DNA of 64,000 nucleotides from Octopus sinensis (taxonomy: Eukaryota). The notes below the pieces were generated by a model. The model did not search any database, was not told where the DNA came from, and worked only from the letters and a program-made list of their open reading frames with translations. The position numbers were made by a program, and so were the translations under genes. Positions 13,365 to 24,200 of this stretch are shown here, piece by piece. Location of the stretch: positions 9,238,001 through 9,302,000 of the forward strand of contig NC_043005.1 in NCBI RefSeq assembly GCF_006345805.1. Direction: 5' to 3'. Numbering within the stretch: position 1 is the first letter of the stretch; each line of letters starts with the position of its first letter.

Positions 13365-13410
13365 GACACCTGATGAAGGCTGGAGGGTATATCAGCCGAA
13401 ACGTTGTGTT
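13365..13410 (+). ncRNA. Intact-looking minimal type I hammerhead ribozyme
   Basis: GACAC-CUGAUGA-A-GGCUG-gagggtatat-CAGCC-GAAA-CG-UU-GUGUU. All core nucleotides present, 5-bp stem II, 5-bp stem I, GUU site, palindromic AACGUU in place of helix III. Confidence 0.8.
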
Positions 13411-13619
13411 AACACCAAATAAGATGAGGACAAATATCCGCAAATATAAATTATATAAATAAAGTAAATAATGAATAAAATACTATTTCAAAATTCCGGT
13501 TTCTTTCTGGTCACCCTTCTATTCTTAACTGTAATTACCATGACGTCATCAATAGTCTTCATCATTATCATTAATATAATCATGCATAAACTTTATCACC
13601 ATTTTCAGAGACATCAAGG

Positions 13620-13649
13620 CTACTACTGCTACTACTACTACTACTACTA

Positions 13650-13681
<32 letters not shown>

Positions 13682-13701
13682 TAACTACTACTATACTACT
13701 A

Positions 13702-13741
<40 letters not shown>

Positions 13742-13845
13742 CTGCTGCTGCTACTACTACTACTACTACTACTAGTACTGCTGCTGCTGTTGCTGCTACT
13801 ACTACTACTACTACTACTACCACTACCACTACTACTAACACCATT
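13620..13845. repeat. (CTA)n/(CTG)n compound microsatellite
   Basis: Direct reading. Confidence 0.95.
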
Positions 13846-14097
13846 TAATCAATTACACACATCGTTTGTCACTACACCCACATTATATCGTGGTTACAGT
13901 AATACGCACCCGCCTACTTCTTTCAAAAGACATTTGTTCGGACACACCTCTTCAGCTCCACCCCATTCCATACATTTTTAATTCACAATGATGCATATCA
14001 GCACCTCTAACACTACCAGCGGCAATACCACCGCTACCACCACCACCACTACCACCGCCACCACCACCACGAAACCGCAAACACAAGTGCCACCGCA

Positions 14098-14240
14098 ACC
14101 ACCACCACCAAAAGCATCACCACCGAAAACCGCAACCACCACCAAAAGCATCACCACCGAAAACCACAACCACCACCAAAAGCATCACCACCGAAAACCA
14201 CAACCACCACCAAAAGCATCACCACCGAAAACCACAACAG
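14098..14240. repeat. ~33-bp minisatellite, about 4 copies
   Basis: accaccaccaaaagcatcaccaccgaaaacc(g/a)ca repeated. Confidence 0.85.
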
Positions 14241-14728
14241 CACCTGTGTTCTCTAGAATATAGAATAACAAAATCAAAATAACTGTAACAACAACATGCA
14301 GCACGAAACACGACATGCAACAGTTGTTGCAAATTGCATAAAGACTCTCCAGTGCAATGCACCGGATTACTGCAACTTATCAGTACCAATGATTGCACAT
14401 CATACTTCATGTCAATACATGAAGAAGCTTTCAAGATATTGCTATAATCTTAATGGCAATTACCACACCCACTCCGATCCTGCTTAAATGCATAAATTCA
14501 TTATTTACGAATATATGTTTTTATGATAATATATGATATATTTGTATGTATATGCATATGTATGTATGTATGTATATATATAAAGTAGGATACCGCACGA
14601 GTGGAAATATATATGGAAGAAGGTTTGAAAATGAAATTTTAACGATGTTATTCACTCTAAAAACGTGATACCGGTCACGTAGATAAGCATCTTTAAAATT
14701 GCATTTTCAAACGTTCTTTCATTCATAT

Positions 14729-14852
<124 letters not shown>

Positions 14853-14884
14853 CATATATATGTATATTATATATATATATATAG

Positions 14885-14918
<34 letters not shown>

Positions 14919-15169
14919 CAATATATGTATATATATATATACGTTTTATATATATATGTATTTATATATATAATATATATATATATATATGCATATATAC
15001 ATGTATACACACACACACACACACACGCACATATATATATATATATATGCGTGCATTACCACACACATACACACACGCTTAATTGATGGGGCAATTTGTG
15101 TTGGAACAGATTTTTTTCCATATTTGGGGACGTTCTTTGTGCCAATAGGCACATACTAAGTATTTAATT

Positions 15170-15273
15170 TTACTTTATTATTATAATTATTATTATTATT
15201 ATTATTATTATTATTGTTATTATTGTTATTATAATTATTATTATTATTATTATCATCATCATCATTATTATTA

Positions 15274-15313
<40 letters not shown>

Positions 15314-15320
15314 GTTATTA

Positions 15321-15357
<37 letters not shown>
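15170..15357. repeat. (ATT)n microsatellite
   Basis: Direct reading. Confidence 0.95.
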
Positions 15358-15361
<4 letters not shown>

Positions 15362-15370
15362 AGTGTATTT

Positions 15371-15413
15371 GTCAGAGTTCTTTTCTCGCACATTCCGTGA
15401 CCTCTTCAATGAC
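15371..15413 (-). ncRNA. Decayed hammerhead motif downstream of GIY-YIG relic
   Basis: Minus strand: GUCA-uUGAAGA-ggtcacggaatgtgcga-GAAA-agaa-CUC-UGAC. 4-bp stem I; stems II and III degraded. Confidence 0.4.
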
Positions 15414-15599
15414 CTCTGCTTTACTCCATGCCTCATTTCCTGTGTGATCCAACTTGCCATTCCGCTGTATGTATCACCATCCGCGCGTCCGCTTGCGCCT
15501 GTGTCCACGTGTGTATCAACATGCTTTGCATATGTATGCATGTTTTTGTGCGTGCGTATTAGTTTGTATATTTCACTGTTTGTATCCGTACCTACCCCT

Positions 15600-15910
15600 T
15601 TTGGATTTTTTTCTCTATTATGTTTTCAGTCGTCATATTGTGAGGCAGTGTTGTGAGTGTGGCCTTCGTAGACTGTTTGAGCATTGTGTCAATTCTGTGT
15701 GGAGAGGATCTTAACTTTTATGTTTTCTACCCAGCAGCCATGTTTTAGTTTAGCATGCTGGTTTAGCATTGATAAACTTTTCTCCACCTTGGGATTCCGC
15801 TGATAAGCTTTTATCCTTTCTCATATGCTACAGGCTGTTTCTCCACGGTATGTCATCGTCCTGTTTCTTCACCAGTGTATCAGATGATACACTGGTTTGT
15901 CAACAAACAC
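15600..15910 (-). pseudogene. Degenerate GIY-YIG endonuclease domain (Penelope-like)
   Basis: Manual translation with a stop and frameshifts: VYHLIH...TYRGETACSI*ERIKAYQR...SMLNQHAKLKHG...KVKILST, resembling YIGETxRSxxERxxEH...H of PLE endonucleases. Confidence 0.45.
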
Positions 15911-16269
15911 GACGATTTGGTAATATTCTTTGTTATGTTATGATTTGACCTTCTTTATTTTCTCATTATCCAGGATTTACTCCCCTGTGGTGTCATTCTT
16001 TGCGATAATCTACAATATAATCATAGTTATTTTGTACATTCTGACCCAATCCTTTGGCTGCACACGGAAAACTATCTGCAGCGGATGAAGTGTTGTTTGT
16101 GTCCCTCTAATTCCATTGAGTCGGAGATGCGGGTCACGTTTCACACATGCGCGTGTGCACACACACACATGCACACAGACACACAAATATAGACGCACAA
16201 AAACTCAAACACATATATACATTCACACACTCACACAAACATACATATACGCAAGAAAACGAGGGAGAA

Positions 16270-16300
<31 letters not shown>

Positions 16301-16314
16301 CGTGTGTGTATGTT

Positions 16315-16523
16315 TGTGTGTCTGTGTTTGTTCCGCCAACATCGCTTCACAACCGATGCTGGTGTGTTTACGTCACCGTAACTTAGCGGTTCGGCAGACG
16401 CGACCGATAGAATAAGTACTAGGCTTACAAAGAATAAGTCCTGGGGTCGATTTACTCGACTAAAGGCGGTGCTCCAGCATGGCCACAGTCAAATGGCTGA
16501 AACAAGTAAAAGAGTAAAAAGAG
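16315..16523 (+). mobile_element. SINE family A, 3' half
   Basis: caaccgatgctggtgtg...ggcggtgctccagcatggccacagtcaaatggctgaaacaagtaaaagag. Confidence 0.9.
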
Positions 16524-16589
16524 TATATATCTATATATATATATATATGAATGTGTGTTTTGTGTTTGTGTGTGTGCGCTCGAACGTGC

Positions 16590-16825
16590 CTGCGTATGTT
16601 CCTTTGTGTTAGTGGTTGTCACTCAGAATCGCTTAACAACCAGTGTTGGTTCGTTTATGTCTCCGCAGTCGAAGAAGCTATTCGGCAAAAAGAGACCAAT
16701 CGATTAAGTACCAGACTTAAAAAACAAAAGCACTGGGTGGGGGTGGGGTCGTTCTTTTCGACTGCACTCCTCAAGGTGGTGCTACAGCATGGCCGCAGTC
16801 TACTCACTGAAAGTAGTAGAAGATA
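16590..16825 (+). mobile_element. SINE family A, degenerate 3' half
   Basis: ttcggcaaaaagagaccaatcgattaagtacc...ctacagcatggccgcagtc...ctgaaa. Confidence 0.7.
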
Positions 16826-17852
16826 AAACATGTAACATGGAAGCAATGAACAGTAGCTGTTAAGCTGGAAATAATGGGTGTAGGTTATCAAGTTAAAACG
16901 AAGGTGAAGACGATGATGGTGGAGATATTAATTCCGTTTTCCTATCTTCCAGTCCGCCGTCCTTTCTTTGGATTAAAGAATTTGTGGAAGAAAATCAAAC
17001 TCCCAGAAGCAGATGATTGGGAGCTACTGTTGATCTTATATAAAGTCAAAAATGGGAGAAAAATTCTATTAGGTTTCTCATGAAAAAAGACCCATCCCAG
17101 TCTAGGTAAATGCTGCTTTGTGGCTTATTACCTACGATTTTGAGATAAGGCATCGGTATCAATAGATATTTATATTTAATTAAATGGATCTCGAGCGTCA
17201 TCTACCATACAGAATAATGGTTTACTTAACCAATATTGCACCAGGGAAAAAATAACGAAACGGGCGGAAAAATGTACACGACAAGGTTATGAAGGGAAAA
17301 ATTGCACTAGCAAGAGATAGGGAGAGAAAAAGAAGAAGGTGTGCAGGGAAAGAGAAAGATATAGAGAGTGGGATAGAGAGAGAGATAGAGAGACAGATGG
17401 ATAGACATAGAGAGAGAAAGGGGTGGAGAAAGTGAAAGTGTTTGTGAGAGAGTGACAGTGGAAGTTCAATAAGGAAGTAAACGAGTGCTAGTGAGAGGAG
17501 CATAGGTATTATCAGAAGAAGAAACGAGCTATTCAATTTCTATAGCTTCCGATAGCGAAGTTGGAATGCTGCAATTACAGACTCCAATACACAACAATGA
17601 ATGATTCGTTCTATTCTATATAACTCAGTGTGACATCATTCCGTATTTTGAGCAGTACTAGATATCCTTTGTATCGCATGCTATGTTGTATAATGAAGTA
17701 TTTAATGACCTTTTAATTCTTCATACGAATGGGAAATGTCGTCTCACACATTCGCATGCGTCCATATGCACATACATATATACATGCACACTCTCGTACA
17801 CATGCGCGTGCACACACATATATTGTTGAGAGAGCGAAAGAGGGAGAGAGAA

Positions 17853-17895
<43 letters not shown>

Positions 17896-18442
17896 ATATA
17901 TATTATATATTATATATATCTATATATAATATACATATATAGATATATATATATATAGAGGAGAGAGAGAGACTATGCTGTAGGTAGGAAAATATAAGTT
18001 TGAATATATCCTCGGAATTCACTACTGCATGATTATAAATCGTTCATATATACAAATAGATTATGGCGAATTGTTGAAGGGTAGGATGAAATGCTTATTA
18101 AATAACTGTCGTAAATATCACATTAACACCAATAACCTCTTTGCCTTTTTGTGCATCGAAAAAGCCCTAACGCTAAAGATGTGTACGCTGATGAAATTTA
18201 TAAATGCCTTCCAACCAACTTAGGCGCATTGCTTAAAACTTTCATTTCGTGAATATTTGCTCTTTAGTTAGATCCTGTCGCACCTCACATTTAGTTTGTA
18301 TTTTCTAACATAATTTCGATTTAATCACCGTGTTTATGTGTTCAATTTGGTAGATGTTGGTAAAAAAAAAAATGAACCAGAAATTAGCCCCGGGGAAGAC
18401 ATTTTCACACGGACGCTCGTAGAAATCAACTCCGTTTGTGTA

Positions 18443-18444
<2 letters not shown>

Positions 18445-18477
<33 letters not shown>

Positions 18478-18750
18478 CATTGTGTACAGTGCTCAGGTGC
18501 ACTACAACTCATCTAAAGTGTATGTATAATCAGGTGTAGTTTCGGCGGATTTCGGAAAGCATGAGGGCCTTAAAGGATGCAGTGTCATGGCAGTCAACAA
18601 CTGAGGCAGACAGTTTGTTCCATGCTTCAGCAACTCTGAGCGTGAAAAAATGTTTCCGAAAGCCATGGGAGCTGTGTTGTTTTCTGACTTTGTAGGCATG
18701 TCCACATGTGTGTGACACATGAAGATCAAAAAGGTCAAAAATCGCATGAA
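18445..18750 (-). mobile_element. CR1-clade LINE 3' fragment with (TTA)n tail
   Basis: ORF 18530-18718: GHAYKVRKQHSSHGFRKHFFTLRVAEAWNKL, typical of a CR1 ORF2 C-terminus; same family as 32135-32760. Confidence 0.85.
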
Positions 18751-19065
18751 GAACGGTTAACTAAACTTATATTCTCTTAGCGGTGCTGCTAATGAGGTGA
18801 ACATGCAACTTGTTCATAGAAGTTAAGTACTCCAGTAAGTAACTTAAAAAAGATTTATTTCAGTTATGTAAGAGATAAGAATTGTTCTTCACTTATATAC
18901 GTGTTCAACGTGTTCAGTATACCAACATGTGTATGTGTTGTGTGTCTGGTGCGTATATGTAACTACATATATATATATATACTATATATATATATATATA
19001 TATATAGATATAATATATATATATAATATATATGATATAATATATATATATTATATATATATATA

Positions 19066-19174
<109 letters not shown>

Positions 19175-19419
19175 ATGTACATCTATACATTACATAATAC
19201 ATACATACATACATACATATATACATATACTTTTTCCTGCAAGTATTCTTTATTGTACTTTATTGATTTTTAGAATAAGGTTTTTATAGTATGCTTTCTA
19301 TATAATGTGAATAAGATCTTTCATTATTGAATTGTTTAAGAGAGGTTTTTCTCTAAATTATATACATACATTATATATTGTGAAATTTTCTTCAAAATTG
19401 TTAAATTGAATTTTCCCCT

Positions 19420-19470
19420 GTGAATTTTGGAGTTATATTCCCTATTATTATTATTATTATTATTATTATA

Positions 19471-19562
<92 letters not shown>

Positions 19563-19640
19563 GATAATAATACTACTACTACTACTACTACTACTAATAA
19601 TAATAATAATGATAGTAGGGAATATAACTCCAAAATTCAC
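19420..19640. repeat. Perfect 25-bp inverted repeat enclosing a (TTA)n/(TAA)n tract
   Basis: gtgaattttggagttatattcccta 19420-19444; tagggaatataactccaaaattcac 19616-19640. Confidence 0.9.
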
Positions 19641-19644
19641 AAAC

Positions 19645-19782
19645 TATACATATATATACATATATATATATTATACACTCGCTCACGCACACCACACACA
19701 CACACACTTATATATACATGTGTGTGTGTGTAATTTACAGGAACGATCCAGAGAGACAGTTACCAGGGTAGCCAAATCTCAC
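19645..19782 (+). repeat. Direct duplication, copy 1 (copy 2 at 25774-25928)
   Basis: Shared microsatellite order plus gtaatttacaggaacgatcc(a/g)gagagacagttaccagggtagcc(a/g)aat(c/a)tcaca. Confidence 0.85.
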
Positions 19783-20056
19783 ATAAATGTCTAAGAAATT
19801 AGCAACCACACTTGCATGGGTGATAATTCCGGGAAGAAGTGAGACGCGTTTTGGAGAACGTAAGGGTAATGGAAAATGGAGACAGACGCACAAGATATTA
19901 CTCAAATCATTTATAGCACCATATCACCAACATCTTTCATTAAGACATTAAAATATTTCCAAGAGGAGGAATAATGTATCAATATCATCAGGGAGGAGAT
20001 TATAAACAACGGTGCTCATTAATAGCCACTTTTAATATTGTAAGAGACTATAATAC

Positions 20057-20087
<31 letters not shown>

Positions 20088-20651
20088 GATCTATATATAT
20101 TAATGATTTCCTTCATTAAGGTCAATATGTATTTTATTCAATGTAAGGTTTTTTCTTCGAATTTTATAATTTTCATAATTTTTATATATACATTATATAT
20201 ATTTTTGAGCTCATTTTTGTTTATCGCTCGAAGATTGACCGTTATTTCTAAAGGCCAATCAAACAGTCCATTTTTTTTAAAGGTGTAGCGTTTGTAATAG
20301 TCTGGATAGAATTGACATATGGTTCCATTCATCTAGCAAAATGGTCCGATGAACGGCAACGGGAAAACTCAGAGTCAACAGTTTTGTTGAATTTTCTGCT
20401 GCTTTAAATATTAAATAAAGTATATATATATATATATATAATATATATATATTAGATTATATATATATATATATATATATATGATATATATATATAGTTG
20501 AGTGTAAAATTCGGGGTGAGTACTTGATAATTATAAGCACCTGTGTATACCGTTTGGTGGTGTAGGTGGTGGAGTAAATTGATCAAAATAAAAAATAAAA
20601 TAAAACAAAAATAAAAATAAAAACAAAATAAAAACATGAGCGAAGGATTCA

Positions 20652-20726
20652 GCGTACATATGTTTCGGGCCTTTATTAGACAGATTCATAACAAATCATA
20701 AGTATGTCTGTGGTCTTCTTCACCGC
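20652..20726 (-). ncRNA. Hammerhead motif, left arm of palindrome (decayed)
   Basis: Minus strand: GCG-gUGAAGA-A-GACC..long stem II..GGCCC-GAAA-CAUAUG-UA-CGC. Confidence 0.5.
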
Positions 20727-21010
20727 GCACAACGCTTCCACAAGGGGACATGTGTTACTTCCGAAATTCTTGGTTGGGGATCAAATCTTCTCGTTCCGTA
20801 CGACATAATGCGGCAGCAGCATCGAATTGAATCGTCCATCCCTTTCTTCTCTAGAGAAAAGGGATGGACGAATTATTCACTATACGTCAACGATTCGACT
20901 CGCCAATTCATTCAATAGTCGGAACGAGAATCGATTTGCTGCATCCCAGAAGGATCCACCAAGAATTTCGGACGTCAACTAAAAGTGTAAAAAGTCTTGT
21001 GGAATGGTGC

Positions 21011-21088
21011 GCGGCTTGAAGAAGGCCACAGACATACATTATGATTTGTTATGAATCTGTCTAATAAAGGCCGAAACATATGTACCGC
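21011..21088 (+). ncRNA. Hammerhead motif, right arm of palindrome
   Basis: GCGG-CU(u)GAAGA-A-GGCC-[41 nt]-GGCC-GAAA-CAUAUG-UA-CCGC; one extra U in the core, GUA site. Confidence 0.6.
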
Positions 21089-21229
21089 TGAATCCTTCGC
21101 CTCATGTTTTATTTTATTTTATTTTGATCAATTTATATATATTATATATATATATAATATATCTATATATATATATATATATATACAGGCATTCGTCGTG
21201 ACAAGACGTACTTTTCATAGCTCCGGTGA

Positions 21230-24200
21230 AAGTCAGTAGCCAAAGAAGCATATTCAACTCAAGCCAGCAGAAACTCTCATTGTTTTTAGTCCAGTACTTT
21301 TGAATTCTTCAATTCTACTATTCTAATCTTTACTACAATCGGAGGAAAATTTATACAAATTTATATACAACTGAGAAAGAAATTTAAAACCAAAACTAAA
21401 CCCAAGACTAGTATAAAACTAGCCACGTGAGTACAATTCTTTTTCTCTTGATCTGTATTAAACTCAGCGCTCATCCTGATTGTACTATACACACTGAACT
21501 CTCCCACACACACACTCAGATATAGCATTTCCGAATATATCGACACAACTTTTCATCAATAAAACTAACGTACAGGTATAATACTGTCCCACTGAATATG
21601 GCCGATAATATTCAAAAACGCCACTGGGTTGAAAATGAATCACTGCAATGATAAACGCTTGGTACATCACCACAATGAAGCTAATATTACAGTAAAATAG
21701 CTGAAAATTAGCAAAAACATCCTTCACAGATCTGTAAAACAGATAGAAAATAAAACAAAAGAGATTGTCAGAATATTTCCTATTATTCACACGCACATGG
21801 CAACACTAAAAGCAATCCTTGTCAATGAATGTAGTGCACCAAATGACCCAACTCCAACAGGTCAGGGATCACTTCAACGACTCGATAGCCAGCAACAAAC
21901 ATCTGACCTCATTCCACCCATTCTACAGAACTCACTATCACAACAGCCTGTCTCTGCTACTACGTCACCAGTACCTGACCCGATTCCACCTGCTAGCCCT
22001 GCTGTTGCAAGTCAGGTTTCACTGCTGCTACAGCAACAACAACACTCTGCTATAAAAATCACCCATACACCCATAACAAACACCCTGCCGTTACTATGCT
22101 CAAGGCAACTGTAAATTTGGCCCCAGCGGCAACAACAACAAGGGACGCTGTGCTTTTTCCCATCCACCCTATGTCGTAGACTGTTAAGGGCACCTGTCCA
22201 TACGGTATAACGGGAAAAAACTGCCCTCACCTCCACCCAAATACTGTCCTAAATACAGAATCCAAGGTCCTGATTCCAAATATGGATGTACAAAAGGCAA
22301 TAGATGCACCTTCTTTCATCCTAAACTTTGCAAACTTCTGTGTCACTAAGGATGTGCCTGAACCCAGAATGCAACCACCACCATCTGAAGGGCACAAAAC
22401 GATCACAAATATATATAAACAGCAACAGAGGAGATCTTCGACAACAATAAAGCAGCATACAACCACGTTCCCCTCCTACAATCAAACAACGAAGACAGAA
22501 CCATGAAAAACCATAACACCAATAACACAAAGATGAAATATGTATCCTCCGACCAAGTGGAAAACCAAAGTGGTAACTCTTTTTTACTGACTTACCTAGA
22601 AAATATGAAGGCCGACCTAAGCCAGGAGATCCAACGAGCTATCAGCAACCACCTATGCAAATCATAAGGACCACACCCCACTACCAACAAGAAAATCATA
22701 CACACACAGCTCCATACAATAACTACCACATTGTTACCACTGAACAACTTAGAACAATGCAAACATCAACGTCACTTACCTCGAGATTCCTATTAAATGT
22801 ACGTGGCATCAACCATCAATTATTGCCCAAATGAAGATCCCATATATAGAGAGTTGGCTTGCCGAAACGACACATTGCTTCCCTTTCTTTATCCTTACCG
22901 AAGACTCACCTGAACAACACCCCTATAGACGCCGAGGTTGAAAATAAAAGATTTCACTATTGTTCGTGCGGATCGTACAAACCGAAATAAGGGAGGGACA
23001 GCCATCTTTATCCATGACTCCTTCTCACTTGATGCCAGGATATATTTTCAATGGCTATTGTGAATCTGTACAATTCAGCAAGGCGAAGGACATAGTCATT
23101 GTTGGTCTTTACAGGCCTCCCCAAGCACCTTAAAGTGCTTTGAAGAGTGCCTTAGCAAAGTCAAGTCCTTCCTTCGGAAGTACCACTCCGGAACATACTA
23201 GTGATGGGTGATTTTAACCTCCCTCATGTGAACTGGCCCACAAATACTCTAAAGTTAAGCAAGTGCTCTACAGATAGAAGCAGCAGCGGAACTGCTCTTT
23301 AATCTATGGATGAATACTTCCTGACTCAGCTTGTGCTCGAACCAACGAGACAGAATAAACGATCTTGGATTTGGTATTGACCAATCACTCTAGCTTCGTT
23401 CACAGTATTCAGTTGAAAAACTCTCCTCTCAGATCACGACATGGTACTCTGAATTTCAATTCCCGACATATAAAAACCAAACAGCCAATCCCACTCCATG
23501 GCACTCATTTGATAGCATAAACTTCCACAAAGCGGACTGGGGAGCATCAAAAGGATCTGTCTTTCATCGACTGGTCCTTTACTCTCAATCCACCCATATT
23601 GTGACCGCATGGCAGCACTTTGAAACATTGTCACATATCATGCTCTAAAAACGCTCCCACGAATCTACTAACACAACAGAATCGGCTCCCTAAAAAGAAG
23701 AAAACACTCATCAGGCGCATCAAAAGACTTAACAAAAAAATCAACCAATTAAAATATTCCACAAACACATCCACGTTCAACAACAATGAAAAGGCTAGAG
23801 CTTGAAAAAATTTCATCTGCAGAACGACATGAAACCTCCATTGAAATCAAAGAGCTGCGGAGGAACAGTGGGTAATCAAAAACATCAAACCGAACCCAAA
23901 AGTGTTCTATTCCTATGCAAATAAGCTTAGAACCACTGTCTCACCCATTGGGCCATTGATTGATGCTAACGGCATCCCCAACACGATGCTAAAGAAATGG
24001 CAGAAATACTGCAGAAACAATACTGGCTCTGTCTTTAGTGTTCCCCACTGATATTGACGTAAGAGAAGCGAATGAAGTTGACTCCCAACACAAAATTGCA
24101 GAACATAACCTTCACTCCACTGACATCGTAGCAGCAATAAATGAGGTCAAATACTACTCTGCTGTAGGCCCTGATAGATCCCCGCTAGTCTCCTGAAGGA

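Larger units (their letters stand above)
20576..21133. other. ~560-bp imperfect palindrome carrying a hammerhead on each strand
   Basis: Outer arms nearly perfectly inverted (aaattgatcaaaataaaa / ttttattttgatcaattt); inner paired blocks converge on cgtccatccctt...aagggatggacg. Confidence 0.85.

Noticed and set aside
13988-14263. Mucin- or extensin-like ORF (T/P-rich)
   Set aside because: Arises from CAC repeats and a 33-bp minisatellite; no splice or promoter support.
16953-17071. Possible host exon after a polypyrimidine-CAG acceptor (RRPFFGLKNLWKKIKLPEADDW...)
   Set aside because: Weak donor (gtttct), no recognisable protein similarity, no supporting neighbouring exons.
19741-19767. 27-nt microexon candidate in the duplicated segment
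   Set aside because: Poor donor (gtagcc) and no polypyrimidine tract; the duplication explains its recurrence.
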